Shown piece by piece: positions 1 to 9,834 of a DNA stretch of 64,000 nt; within the stretch, counting starts at the first letter, position 1, and each line of letters starts with the position of its first letter. The notes below the pieces were generated by a model that searched no databases, was not told where the DNA came from, and saw nothing but the letters and a program-made list of their open reading frames with translations. Source of the stretch: Candidatus Latescibacterota bacterium (GTDB lineage Bacteria > Latescibacterota > UBA2968 > UBA8231); contig CBDETY010000003.1 of assembly GCA_965243025.1 (NCBI GenBank), positions 5,472,001 to 5,536,000 on the forward strand, in the 5' to 3' direction. A program made the position numbers and the translations under genes.

Positions 1-70
1 GAACGAGCCATGCCACCGCGATATATTCCGGAACGTGGATGCGTTTTGCGGGAAATCGGGGGTCGGTTAG

Positions 71-232
71 CACGAGCCCGAGAACGGCCCGCCGCACGAG
101 TTCGTCGAGATGATCCTGGGGTTAGCCGATCACAACAGCGCGCCCATCGAAATTGGCGTTAAGGCCGTCGAACTGGTCGCCGGTGCCTACGAATCCGCGC
201 GCGCTAACGCGCCGGTCAAAGTCGCCCCATGA
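71..232 (+). pseudogene. C-terminal fragment of a Gfo/Idh/MocA-type oxidoreductase
   Basis: Manual translation HEPENGPPHEFVEMILGLADHNSAPIEIGVKAVELVAGAYESARANAPVKVAP* resembles the family C-terminus; an in-frame TAG at 68-70 cuts it off from upstream sequence. Confidence 0.55.
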
Positions 233-305
233 GTATATAGCTCCACACTCAAGGCGGTCGTAGACGCGGCCCGCCGCGTCCCATCACATACATGCGGATA
301 TATCT

Positions 306-1115
306 ATGGCCCACGGCAGTAGCATACAAGCGCGCCTCAAAGACCGCGCCTACATCGTGACCGGCGCGGCCAGCGGCATCGGGCAAGGCGTGGCCATCCG
401 CGTCGCGGCCGAAGGCGGCGATGTCGTGCTGGCCGACCTGAACGAAGACGGGTTACGGGAAACCGCCGCCACCATCGAGAAGGACGGTGGCCGGTGCACC
501 GTGCTGGCCGGCGACGTCACGGAAACGGAATTCTCCGAGCGCGCCGTAGCATTTGCGCAGTCGGAATTCGGACGCATCGACGGCTGCGTGCCTTGTGCCG
601 GCATCATCAAGATCCGGTCGATTGCCGAGGTAACCCGTGAGGAATGGGAGGCCGTGCTGGGGTTGAACCTCACCGCCGTGTTTTTCCTGGACCAGGCCGT
701 TGCCGAAGCCGCGAAAGCCGCCGGTCAAGGCGGCGCCATCGTCAACCTGTCCTCCACCTCGGCTCACGGCGCGCGGCCGAATAACGTCGATTACGGCGTC
801 AGCAAGATTGGCATCGACCATATGACGCGAACCCTGGCGCTGGAGTACGGGCCGTCTAATATCCGGGTCAATGCCGTGAGCCCCGGGGTAATCGACACAC
901 CCATGTGGCGCGCCGTGGACCGCGACCGCGGGGCCCATCTCGGCCTCAAATCCGGCGAACTGACAAAAAAAATGATTGATGCGGTGCCCATGCACCGCGT
1001 CGCCCAGGCGTCTGAAATCGCGGCCCTCGTAGCCTTCCTGCTCTCCGATGAGGCCGAATACATAACGGGTCAGATCATCGAAATGGATGGAGGGTTCAAA
1101 CTCGCCAACCCGTAG
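306..1115 (+). CDS. Short-chain dehydrogenase/reductase (SDR)
   Basis: TGAASGIG NAD-binding motif, YGVSK (YxxxK), IRVNAVSPG, and a ITGQIIEMDGG C-terminus. Confidence 0.95.
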   Translation: MAHGSSIQARLKDRAYIVTGAASGIGQGVAIRVAAEGGDVVLADLNEDGLRETAATIEKDGGRCTVLAGDVTETEFSERAVAFAQSEFGRIDGCVPCAGIIKIRSIAEVTREEWEAVLGLNLTAVFFLDQAVAEAAKAAGQGGAIVNLSSTSAHGARPNNVDYGVSKIGIDHMTRTLALEYGPSNIRVNAVSPGVIDTPMWRAVDRDRGAHLGLKSGELTKKMIDAVPMHRVAQASEIAALVAFLLSDEAEYITGQIIEMDGGFKLANP

Positions 1116-1194
1116 AACCGGCAACTCGCCGTTTTGATCCGGCAGGGTGCCGGATCTACAGGGATCACGAAGACAAGACAGCGTGGATCGCGGG

Positions 1195-2058
1195 ATGGAA
1201 AACGTGACAGAGCTTGCGATAAGTCCCGACGCTCGCAGCTTGAGCGAAGAGGAAGTCGATCAATACAAAGAGCTAGGCTACGTCAAGAACCTGCCCGTGT
1301 TTTCCCCGGAGAGTGTCCCGGAACTGCAGTCCCGGTTCATGGACCTGATCGATGGAATTCCCGACAACGTGGACATCTACAGGGTCAACAACTGGCACAA
1401 GGCCAATCGCTGGATCTACGAACTGTCCCGGACGCCGGCCATCCTGGATTGCGTGGAGGCTGTGCTGGGACCCGATTTCCACCTGTGGGCGGGCGCCATG
1501 TTCATCAAGCGTCCGCATGACGGCAAGGTTGTTCCCTTCCACCAGGACGCCGGCTACTGGCCGCTGGAGCCCAGGGTCAACGCAACGGCCTGGCTGGCAG
1601 TCTTCGATACGGATTCTGAAAATGGCTGCATGCGCTTCGTACCGGGCAGTCATCGACAGGGCCCCATCGCCCATGAGGAACTCCCCGATTCGCCCGACTG
1701 GTCAAAAACGTCCGCCGAGGAGCAGGCCAACAGCAAGTACGTGCTCTGGCAACAGGTGGACCCGAACAGTTTCACGGAAGACCAGGTCATGGACATGGAC
1801 CTGAAGGCCGGAGAGATGTCACTGCATGATGACGACCTGATCCACGGATCCAAGGCCAACGAATCTGACCGCATGCGCGCCGGTATCGTGTTTCGCTACA
1901 TACCCGCCGAAGTGAAATGCGATTTGAGTGTCTGGCCCACCTTTGAAGTCTACCCGTGTCGGGGAACAGACCGCTTCGATCACAACCCGGTGGGCAAGGT
2001 CCCGGTGGGATACAGCTACCCGACAACGTTTAATCAACATTCAAGAGAATTTGAATGA
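1195..2058 (+). CDS. Phytanoyl-CoA dioxygenase (PhyH) family Fe(II)/2OG oxygenase
   Basis: FHQDAGYW (HxD), NGCMRFVPGSH, LIHGSKAN; ATG at 1195 preferred over GTG 1147. Confidence 0.92.
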   Translation: MENVTELAISPDARSLSEEEVDQYKELGYVKNLPVFSPESVPELQSRFMDLIDGIPDNVDIYRVNNWHKANRWIYELSRTPAILDCVEAVLGPDFHLWAGAMFIKRPHDGKVVPFHQDAGYWPLEPRVNATAWLAVFDTDSENGCMRFVPGSHRQGPIAHEELPDSPDWSKTSAEEQANSKYVLWQQVDPNSFTEDQVMDMDLKAGEMSLHDDDLIHGSKANESDRMRAGIVFRYIPAEVKCDLSVWPTFEVYPCRGTDRFDHNPVGKVPVGYSYPTTFNQHSREFE

Positions 2059-2182
2059 AGAGGAGTGCTGGCGTATTGTCGTTTCAGATTACCAATGCTC
2101 CATCACTCCAGTAATGCAACGACAGCGCGGCAAGTATTCGAATCATTTACGGCAGTCTCAGAATTCAAACAGGAACAGACAT

Positions 2183-3037
2183 ATGAAGAACCCGAAACTC
2201 GCCTGTGCCGACTTCACCTTCCCGCTCGTGTCGCATGATGAGGCGCTCGACATCATCGCCCTGCTCGGAATAAAGGGTGTGGACATCGGGCTCTTTGCCG
2301 GACGGTCGCACGTTCAACCGAGAGACATCTTTCCAAATATCCCCGCGGCCGCGCGGCGCATGAAGAAGAAACTGTCTGACCGGGGACTCAAGTTCGCCGA
2401 CATCTTCCTGATCCCGGCGCCGTCCGTGGCCGACATCGCACCGAACGACCCCAACCCCAGGGTCCGCCGCCGCTTCCGCGATATGTTCCAGCGCACACTG
2501 GAGTTTGTCGCCCGTTGCGATGCGCCGCATATGACAGGAGTGCCCGGCGTGACCTTCGATTCGGAGTCGCAGGGTGATTCCCTCAAGCGTGCCGCCGAAG
2601 AACTGACGTGGTGTGTCGAGCGGGCCAAGGAAGCCAAGGTGACCTTCTCCGTCGAGGCCCACATGTGGTCGGTCGCCCCCAACCCCAGGCTGGCCGCGAA
2701 GCTCGTCGCGATGACGCCGGGGCTGACGCTCACGCTGGATTACGGCCACTACACGACACAGGGCATGCCCGACCGCAGGATCGAGCCGCTCATGGAACAC
2801 GCGAGCCATTTCCACGCGCGCGCCACGTGCAAGGGGCTGTTGCAGACGACACTGAAGCAGAACACGGTCGATTACCGCCGGGTCGTTCGAACCATGAAGA
2901 AATGCAACTATCGCGGCTACATCGGGCTGGAATACGTCCGCATGGATGCCGATATAGTCCCGGACGTGGACAACCTGGCCGAGACCGTTCTCCTGCGCGA
3001 CCTGATAACCGGGGCGTGGAAGGGGCGGCAACGTTGA
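2183..3037 (+). CDS. Sugar phosphate isomerase/epimerase (xylose-isomerase-like TIM barrel)
   Basis: VEAH, LDYGH, HFHAR and YRGYIGLEY metal-binding motifs; ATG 2183 follows AGGAA. Confidence 0.85.
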   Translation: MKNPKLACADFTFPLVSHDEALDIIALLGIKGVDIGLFAGRSHVQPRDIFPNIPAAARRMKKKLSDRGLKFADIFLIPAPSVADIAPNDPNPRVRRRFRDMFQRTLEFVARCDAPHMTGVPGVTFDSESQGDSLKRAAEELTWCVERAKEAKVTFSVEAHMWSVAPNPRLAAKLVAMTPGLTLTLDYGHYTTQGMPDRRIEPLMEHASHFHARATCKGLLQTTLKQNTVDYRRVVRTMKKCNYRGYIGLEYVRMDADIVPDVDNLAETVLLRDLITGAWKGRQR

Positions 3038-3139
3038 ACACGGCAGGCACCGCGGCGGTTGCGAATCCCGGCGCAACGGCTGAATGCTGCACGCAGGACA
3101 AACGCCACGAAATATCATGAATGCGGCGGCTCCATGCGC

Positions 3140-3410
3140 ATCGTCGCCTGTGATGGTCGCCTCCCCGGTCGTTTCGCTACCACGCGAGAGTACAGAGAAC
3201 GGGATTCACCCCGGAGTCCATGCGGGAGGAGGTCGCGGCGGCGGTTGATGACTTTCCGGGCCTGCGGCGAACGCAATGTCCACTACGTCGATGGCTGCGA
3301 CTTCCCGGCCGGGAGCACGCTCATCTTCTTCCCGACGAGCACCACCCGACGGTTACAAGGTTATGGTCCGTAACTTCCTCCGCGAGGTGGCCGGCAGAAT
3401 ACTCGTCGGC
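3140..3410 (+). pseudogene. Frameshifted C-terminal remnant of an SGNH/GDSL hydrolase
   Basis: Joining frames gives SPVMVASPVVSLPRESTEN-GFTPESMREEVAAAVDDF-RACGERNVHYVDGCDF-GREHAHLLPDEHHP-DGYKVMVRNFLREVA, with the DxxHP block V motif and at least 3 frameshifts. Confidence 0.7.
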
Positions 3411-3459
3411 GGACCGGTCGCAACGGAGCAGCGGACTTTGCAGGAGGTCTCCAGATGGC

Positions 3460-3704
3460 TGTTTTCGAAGGCGCTGGCCCTGAGACCTGACTACGTCGAG
3501 GCCCAGATCGGGATCGGCGTAACCCACTTCAAGCTCGGCCGCTTCGAGGAGGCCGCGGCGGCATACGAACGAGCACTCGAGCTGGATCCGCGCAACCATC
3601 GCGTCCATCTCTACCTGGGGGATGTGTACGGAAAACTCGGCAGGGCCGATGACAGCAGGAGGCATTTCGATCGGGCGCGCAAGCTCGGGCAAGAGCAGCT
3701 GTAA
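3460..3704 (+). pseudogene. TPR-repeat protein C-terminal fragment
   Basis: KALALRPDYVEAQIGIG...AAAAYERALELDPRNHRVHLYLGDVYGKLGR: two to three TPRs, with no plausible start of their own. Confidence 0.6.
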
Positions 3705-3793
3705 TCAATCACCGAGGCGGTCGCCGCGTCGGGCCTGACGATGGCGCATTTCCTCGTTTGCGGCGGCAGGGTACTACATCGAGGAGCACCCGA

Positions 3794-4972
3794 ATGAGAA
3801 TCACAAACGTCGAAATCGTTCAAGTCAGCGGCGTCTGGAGGGAGGAGGACTACAAGCCGAAATGGCGTCAGGTGCAGCCAATCGACATCTATCCCGATCT
3901 CGATCAGTTCGAACTGCGCACCTTCACGAGTGATCCTCATGAGATTCGCGCCTTGTATGTCGAAGTGCAGAGTGACGATGGTGTTTCCGGACTCTTCGGA
4001 CCTGTCCAGCGCAGCCAGGCCTTCATCGTCGCCCACGAGCTGCGTCCCTTTCTGATCGGGCGTGATCCTCTGGCGACGGAGCTGTTGCTCGACCAGATGA
4101 TGCGCCTGAACCGGCACGGTCGCTCGGGGATGTTCATGACCGGCGTCAGCGCTGTCGATTGCGCCCTGTGGGATCTCAAGGGGAAGGCCTGGGACAAGCC
4201 CGTTTACCGCCTGCTCGGAGGCCCGACTCGTCCGGCCGTTCCGGCTTACGCAAGCATGCTGGGCTATTCCTCTGAGCCCGAAGATGCGGCGAAGACCGCG
4301 CAGACGCTCAAAGAGAATGGCTATCAGGCCCAGAAGTGGTTCTTCGCCTGCGGGCCGGGCAGGGGAATGGAAGGGTTGGAAAAGAACATCGCCATGGCTC
4401 AGGCTGTACGAACGGCGGTTGGGCCGCACTACATGTTGATGTTTGACGCGTTCATGAGCTGGACTGTCCAGTACGCCGTGAAAATGGTGCAGGCTCTGGA
4501 GCCCATGAACCCGACGTGGGTGGAGGAACCAGTCCCTCCGGAGCGGGTTGGCGAACTCCGAAAGCTGCGGCAGGCGTCCCGGGTGCCGATTGCAACCGGC
4601 GAGCACGTTTTCACCCGCTGGCAGACCAAGGAGCTGCTGGTCAATGAAGCTGTGGATTGGCTGCAGAATGATCCGGATTGGACCGGCGGCGTGACAGAGT
4701 TGATGAAAATTTGCAGCCTGGCTTCGTCGTTTGACGTCCCGTTGGTTTCCCACGGGCACTCTCTGCTGCCCGCGTTACACATCGCGGGGGCGCAGTCGCC
4801 CACTGCTGTACCAATGGTGGAGTACCTACTCGCCTATCAGCCCATCAAGCAGTTTTTTCACAGGCCTTGCTACGAACCCGAACACGGATCGGTCGCCCTG
4901 CCCGATTTACCCGGGCTGGGCCTGGTGCTAGACGACGACAAGGTCGTGAGCCGGGAAGCTGTCCGTTTTTGA
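3794..4972 (+). CDS. Mandelate racemase/enolase-superfamily acid-sugar dehydratase (L-rhamnonate dehydratase-like)
   Basis: SAVDCALWDLKGK, LMFDA, WVEEP, ATGEH, SHGH; RBS GAGGAG upstream of ATG 3794. Confidence 0.9.
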   Translation: MRITNVEIVQVSGVWREEDYKPKWRQVQPIDIYPDLDQFELRTFTSDPHEIRALYVEVQSDDGVSGLFGPVQRSQAFIVAHELRPFLIGRDPLATELLLDQMMRLNRHGRSGMFMTGVSAVDCALWDLKGKAWDKPVYRLLGGPTRPAVPAYASMLGYSSEPEDAAKTAQTLKENGYQAQKWFFACGPGRGMEGLEKNIAMAQAVRTAVGPHYMLMFDAFMSWTVQYAVKMVQALEPMNPTWVEEPVPPERVGELRKLRQASRVPIATGEHVFTRWQTKELLVNEAVDWLQNDPDWTGGVTELMKICSLASSFDVPLVSHGHSLLPALHIAGAQSPTAVPMVEYLLAYQPIKQFFHRPCYEPEHGSVALPDLPGLGLVLDDDKVVSREAVRF

Positions 4973-5148
4973 AGTTCACCGCGATGGCCACCCGATGCTG
5001 GCCAGATCCATGGGGTTCACTCCTCCCGGCCGGCGCGTCGCTCGGAGATGTCATCGTATACCATGCGCATTCGCGCACCTCCTCGCGCGCGCCATGTTTT
5101 CGTCGGGCCTGGCGCATCGCGGCGGTAATCGGAGGAGGATTGTCGTAA

Positions 5149-6054
5149 ATGACGGGCTTGAGCAAGAACCGGATCGACCAGTTCCTCGAAGATGGGTACC
5201 TGCAGCTCGATGGCCTGCTGCAGATGGATGACCTCAACCCGGTCATCTGGGAATTCGAAGGTGTGATCGACCGGGAAGCCCGGGGGCTGAAAGCCCGGGG
5301 CGACCTGACGAACCTCCACGAGTGCGAACCGTTCGACCGGCGCATCGCACTGCTCGCGGCCCAGGTTCCCGGCATCGCCCACTACCTGAGCCCCCACCGG
5401 GTCCTGGGGCCGGCCATGTTCAACCTGATGCGCAACGGGAAGCTGCTCGATGCGCTCGAGTCGCTGCTCGGCCCCGAGATCCTCTGCCATCCCACCCACG
5501 TGGTGCGGCCGCGGATGCGGGACCGGCCCAGGGGCGAGGAACGCTGGCGCCCCACCGACATCGTGCCCTGGCACCAGGACGCCGGGGTGCTGCGGCCGGA
5601 AGTTGACGATACCCTGTTGATAACGGCCTGGATTCCCCTGACCCGGGCGGATCGCGAGAACGGGTGCCTGATGGTGATTCCCGGCAGCCACCGCTACGGC
5701 GTGCGCCTGCACGAGGCGGCCACCAACTACGGCATCCCGGAACCGGAGGTGCCGCCGGGCGAGCCCATGGCCCTGCCCATCGGGCCGGGGGGCGTGATCC
5801 TGTTCAGCAGCCTGGTCTGCCACAGCGGCCTTCCGAGCGCTTCGGACCGCGTTCGCTGGAGCATCGACCTGCGCTACCAGGACCTCGCCCAGCCGACCGG
5901 CCATCCGTATTTCAGCGGCCACGTCGTCCGCAGCCGCCGGAACCCGGACAGTCCGCTGACCTACCCGGAATGGGTCACCATGTGGGAGAAGCAGCTCGTT
6001 CACGACGAGCCCTGGCCGCCGATTCCCCGCTGGCCGGGGTCACACTCCGTCTGA
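5149..6054 (+). CDS. PhyH family Fe(II)/2OG dioxygenase
   Basis: PWHQDAG, NGCLMVIPGSH, VCHSG, RWSIDLRYQ; RBS GGAGGA. Confidence 0.92.
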   Translation: MTGLSKNRIDQFLEDGYLQLDGLLQMDDLNPVIWEFEGVIDREARGLKARGDLTNLHECEPFDRRIALLAAQVPGIAHYLSPHRVLGPAMFNLMRNGKLLDALESLLGPEILCHPTHVVRPRMRDRPRGEERWRPTDIVPWHQDAGVLRPEVDDTLLITAWIPLTRADRENGCLMVIPGSHRYGVRLHEAATNYGIPEPEVPPGEPMALPIGPGGVILFSSLVCHSGLPSASDRVRWSIDLRYQDLAQPTGHPYFSGHVVRSRRNPDSPLTYPEWVTMWEKQLVHDEPWPPIPRWPGSHSV

Positions 6055-6097
6055 TACGGAAACTGTCTGTCTACCAGGCCGGACCTCGAGAAGCAAA

Positions 6098-7771
6098 ATG
6101 GAATCGGTTCCCATGAGTCCGTTCGAGCTTTCGCCGGAGCACACGGCGGCAGCGGCGCGCAAGCGGCGCATCGTGGTAAACCACCAGGTCGACGGGCTGC
6201 TCAAGGCGGTCGACGCAGGCATGAGCATACCCGAGATCATGGAGTACGAGTTCGCCTTCGCCGACGAGGCGGGCACCCACATCGACGCCGAGTGGTGGTC
6301 GTGGGACAACGTGTTTCCGCTGGACGGGCACAAGCTGATCGACGCCGACAGCCTCGCCGTGCCGAAGTACCTGTCGGAGGAGAAGGTCGAGACGTTCCGG
6401 CGCTGGGCGGACGACGGCGTCAACATCGCCGAGGCCTACATCGAGGAGACCCGGCGCCGCGGGCTCGAGTGCTTCAATTCGTACCGCCTCAACGAAAGCC
6501 TGGTCAAGAACGGCGAAGAGGCCGGCGCCCGTCCCGACTGGATCATCCGGGGGGAATGGGACCAGCCGCTGGTCAACTTCGCGGTGCCGCAGGTCCGCGC
6601 CCGCAAGGTCGCCTACTTCCGCGAGCTGGTGGAGCGGTACGACTTCGACGGCCTCGAAGTGGACTTCGCGCGCGGCACGATCCTGACGCCTCCGGGCCGT
6701 CAGTGGGAGATGCGCCATCACGTCACGCGGTTTCTGCACGAGGTCAGGCAGGCCACCCTGGAGGTCGAGGCGCGGCGCGGCCGTCCCGTCCTGCTGGCGG
6801 TGCGCGTCCCGGACTGTCTGGCGGGATGCCACTTCGACGGACTGGACGTGGCGGCGTGGTTCGAGCTCAACCTGATGGACATGGTAGTCCTCGGCGTGCG
6901 CACGCTGGAGCTGGACGTCGCCGCGTTCCGTCACCTCGCGGGCGACAGGCCGGTCCAGATCCTGGCAACACTCGACGACCACCACTGTTCGGACGGGTAC
7001 TCGTGGCCGCCGATCGAGGTCTGGCGGGGGGTGGTCTGCAACTGGTGGATGCAGGGGATCGACGCCCTGCAAACCTTCAACTGGGGCGTCGCCCCGCCCC
7101 CGCTGGCGGAGCGGTTCGGGCTGAAGTTCCGCGGCGCCTACGACGAAGGGGGACGGCAGATCCCGGTGTACCGGCAGGCATACCGCGAACTGGGCGACCC
7201 CTCAGAGCTGCGCTTCAGGGACAAGCAGTTCGTCGTTCAGCGGCGCGGCGGGGGCGGCTCGGGGGGAGCGGAGGTCGACGAGTGGACGACCCCGCGCCAC
7301 AACTACCAGAACACCAACATGCTCGCCCAGCTGCCGGCGGCCATCGACCCGGGCGGCCGCGTCGATGCGATGGTCCGCCTCCGGGTCGGACAGGATCTCC
7401 GCGCCGACGCCAACCGCCTTTCCCACCTGTCGCTGAGACTGCTGCTGTCGGATGGAGCGCCAACGAGGGAACGCCGGGAGGCAACCCCTGACGACGGCCG
7501 CGTCGACCCGGTCTCGATCAATCCCTTCTGGGACATCGATCAGCTGTTCACAAGGCCGCCGCAAGCCGGCGTCGCCGACCGGCTCCGGGTGCGGATCAAC
7601 AACATTCCCCTGAGCCAGTGCCGCGCCGAGACGGGGTGGTTCGTCTTCGAGGTGGACCCGGCGGCGCTGGCGGTTGGGGAGAACCTGGTCGGCGTATCGA
7701 TCGAGTACGGACCGGAAACGGACCCGGTCAGTCTCGAGAAGCTCGAACTGCACGCGAGGTTCGCCGCATGA
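6098..7771 (+). CDS. Putative glycoside hydrolase, GHL10/DUF187-like TIM barrel plus beta-sandwich
   Basis: RRIVVN, SYRLNE, YDFDGLEVDFAR and LAVRVP motifs shared with three paralogs in the window. Confidence 0.7.
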   Translation: MESVPMSPFELSPEHTAAAARKRRIVVNHQVDGLLKAVDAGMSIPEIMEYEFAFADEAGTHIDAEWWSWDNVFPLDGHKLIDADSLAVPKYLSEEKVETFRRWADDGVNIAEAYIEETRRRGLECFNSYRLNESLVKNGEEAGARPDWIIRGEWDQPLVNFAVPQVRARKVAYFRELVERYDFDGLEVDFARGTILTPPGRQWEMRHHVTRFLHEVRQATLEVEARRGRPVLLAVRVPDCLAGCHFDGLDVAAWFELNLMDMVVLGVRTLELDVAAFRHLAGDRPVQILATLDDHHCSDGYSWPPIEVWRGVVCNWWMQGIDALQTFNWGVAPPPLAERFGLKFRGAYDEGGRQIPVYRQAYRELGDPSELRFRDKQFVVQRRGGGGSGGAEVDEWTTPRHNYQNTNMLAQLPAAIDPGGRVDAMVRLRVGQDLRADANRLSHLSLRLLLSDGAPTRERREATPDDGRVDPVSINPFWDIDQLFTRPPQAGVADRLRVRINNIPLSQCRAETGWFVFEVDPAALAVGENLVGVSIEYGPETDPVSLEKLELHARFAA

Positions 7772-7819
7772 AACTCGAGGAACAACCGGACGTGATTGAC
7801 GGCGGAGCAGGAGGCTGAG

Positions 7820-8596
7820 ATGGTGGTTACCGTCGGAGCGGCCTGCGTGGAAAACCGGGTGGGCGACCTCGACCACAACCTGGAGGCGGCGGTTTCGCTC
7901 GTACACCGCCTGGCCGAACGCGGGGCGCAGATCGCAGTTCTGCCCGAGGGCTGTCTTCAGGGATACCCTGTCGAGGGCGGTTTCAACGCGGAGCAGGCGC
8001 GGGAACTGGCCGAGCCCTTCGACGGCCCCTACGCCCGGGCTTTCCGCGACGCGGCGAAAGCCGCCGGCATCTACCTGGTTTCGGCCTACGACCGCCGCCA
8101 CGGCGACAGGATATTCAACACCGCGGAGCTGATCTCCCCCGACGGGGAGACCGTCGGCATCTACGACAAGACCCACACCGTAAACCGGGCAACCGGCGAT
8201 TACTACACCCCCGGCGCCGGGCTGCCGGTGTTCGACACCCGGTTCGGGAAGGTCGGCATTCTGATCTGCGTCGACCGCACCTACGCGGAGAACTGGCGCG
8301 TGCTCATGCTGCGGGGAGCCCGCCTCGTTCTCATCCCCTCCAACGGCGGCTGCAGCGAAAGGAACACCCACCGCCTGCAGGCCATGTGCTTCGATCAATG
8401 CCTCTGCTGCGCCTTCGCGCATCCCCGGCGGGGCCTGGTGATCGACGTGCAGGGGGACCTGCTCGACCGCGACGGGGACGAGGAAAAGCCCTTCGCACTG
8501 GGCGAGGTCGACCTGCGGGCGGCAGGCGACCGGCAGCTCGATCTGCGCCGCCGCCGCCGCCCCGAGCTCTACGGACCGGTGGTTCAGCCGCGGTAG
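7820..8596 (+). CDS. Carbon-nitrogen hydrolase (nitrilase superfamily)
   Basis: E-K-C triad motifs LPEG, YDKTH, ILICVD; RRRPELY tail; GGAGG before ATG 7820. Confidence 0.9.
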   Translation: MVVTVGAACVENRVGDLDHNLEAAVSLVHRLAERGAQIAVLPEGCLQGYPVEGGFNAEQARELAEPFDGPYARAFRDAAKAAGIYLVSAYDRRHGDRIFNTAELISPDGETVGIYDKTHTVNRATGDYYTPGAGLPVFDTRFGKVGILICVDRTYAENWRVLMLRGARLVLIPSNGGCSERNTHRLQAMCFDQCLCCAFAHPRRGLVIDVQGDLLDRDGDEEKPFALGEVDLRAAGDRQLDLRRRRRPELYGPVVQPR

Positions 8597-8614
8597 AAGA
8601 GACAAGGGAGAAAA

Positions 8615-9805
8615 ATGGCGATGGTAAAGTTTCCGGAGATGGGCACCGGCGTGCTGGGGGGCGTCGATCCACCGGGCGAAGAGGAGCTCTCCCGGATGCA
8701 GGCCGGCTCCTACGTCCTTCACGCCCGCGACGGGGAGATCGGGCGCGTACCGGCCGAACGCATCAGGTTGCCCCACGATCCCGGAGGCCACCCCCAGGGG
8801 GCTAACGTTGCAATGGCCGCCGACGGCACCGTCTACGTGGCCATGTCGGACAAGATCTGCAAGTCCACCGACGGCGGGCGCAGCTGGCAGGCCGTCGAGC
8901 ACCGGGAGCCGCGTCTCGGCCATTTCAACACCCACTGCGGCTCGGCCCCGGCGGTCCTGGAAAACGGCGCCCTTCTGGCCGTATCCGAAAAGGGGGAGGC
9001 GGCCGACCCGCTGATCGTCCTCCGGTCCGAGGACGAGGGGCGGAGCTGGGATGAAGCATCGAGGATCGAGATCGGATTCAACCAGACCAGCAGGTCGGTC
9101 TACAAGCTGTTCCATCTCGGCGGCGACGCCGTCCTCTGTCCGGTCCAGTGCAGCGACGTCACCTACGCCGACGACCGGAACAGTGTGTACGCCGCCGGCA
9201 AGGCCAGGCTTCTGGTCTACCGCTCGGAAGACGGCGGCAGCACGTGGCAGGAGCCGGCGCAGGTCTGTCTGTGGAGCGGGGAACCCGGCCTCGGCCGCAT
9301 GGCTTCCGGAAGGATTCTGGCCGTGGTCCGGCACCAGCGGGCCAGGCTGCCGGAGGACCCGGAGGGCCTCGAAGACATCACGGGAGCGACCCGCATCGAT
9401 CCCACCCGGCCTTACAAGCACATCTTCCTGGCCGACTCCGACGACGACGGGCACACCTGGAAACGGTTCCGGCAGCTGACAACCGGGTTCGGGCAGTGTT
9501 ACGGCTTCCCTGCCGGCCTCAGCGACGGACGGGTCGCCGTCATGCACGACACCCGCTACGGCCCCGGGCCCCAGGGCGGCAGGGCGATGATCAGTCTGGA
9601 CGAAGGAGCCAGCTGGGAGAACGAGACCTACTACGTGTGGCGCGGAGCGGCGGCCAGCGGCTACAGCCAGAGCGTCGTCTTCGACGACGACACGATCCTG
9701 ACGGTGGCCGGCTCCAGCGACCGCCGGGATGCGGACAGGAGAAACTGGAACACTTGGTCGGGGCACAGCTGCGTCACGGCCATCCGCTGGCGGCTGGAAG
9801 ACTGA
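8615..9805 (+). CDS. BNR/Asp-box beta-propeller, sialidase-like protein
   Basis: Five Asp-boxes: STDGGRSW, SEDEGRSW, SEDGGSTW, SDDDGHTW, SLDEGASW. Confidence 0.85.
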   Translation: MAMVKFPEMGTGVLGGVDPPGEEELSRMQAGSYVLHARDGEIGRVPAERIRLPHDPGGHPQGANVAMAADGTVYVAMSDKICKSTDGGRSWQAVEHREPRLGHFNTHCGSAPAVLENGALLAVSEKGEAADPLIVLRSEDEGRSWDEASRIEIGFNQTSRSVYKLFHLGGDAVLCPVQCSDVTYADDRNSVYAAGKARLLVYRSEDGGSTWQEPAQVCLWSGEPGLGRMASGRILAVVRHQRARLPEDPEGLEDITGATRIDPTRPYKHIFLADSDDDGHTWKRFRQLTTGFGQCYGFPAGLSDGRVAVMHDTRYGPGPQGGRAMISLDEGASWENETYYVWRGAAASGYSQSVVFDDDTILTVAGSSDRRDADRRNWNTWSGHSCVTAIRWRLED

Positions 9806-9834
9806 CGACTCACGGCGCGGAGGCGACTGGATAA

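Noticed and set aside
2062-2109. Imperfect inverted repeat GGAGTGCTGG...CCATCACTCC
   Set aside because: Single degenerate copy with no U-tract; not enough to call a REP or terminator
7202-9766. Long antisense and alternate-frame ORFs (also 31342-34800, 52457-54988, 55254-58067)
   Set aside because: Shadows of GC-rich genes on the opposite strand, with no recognisable motifs
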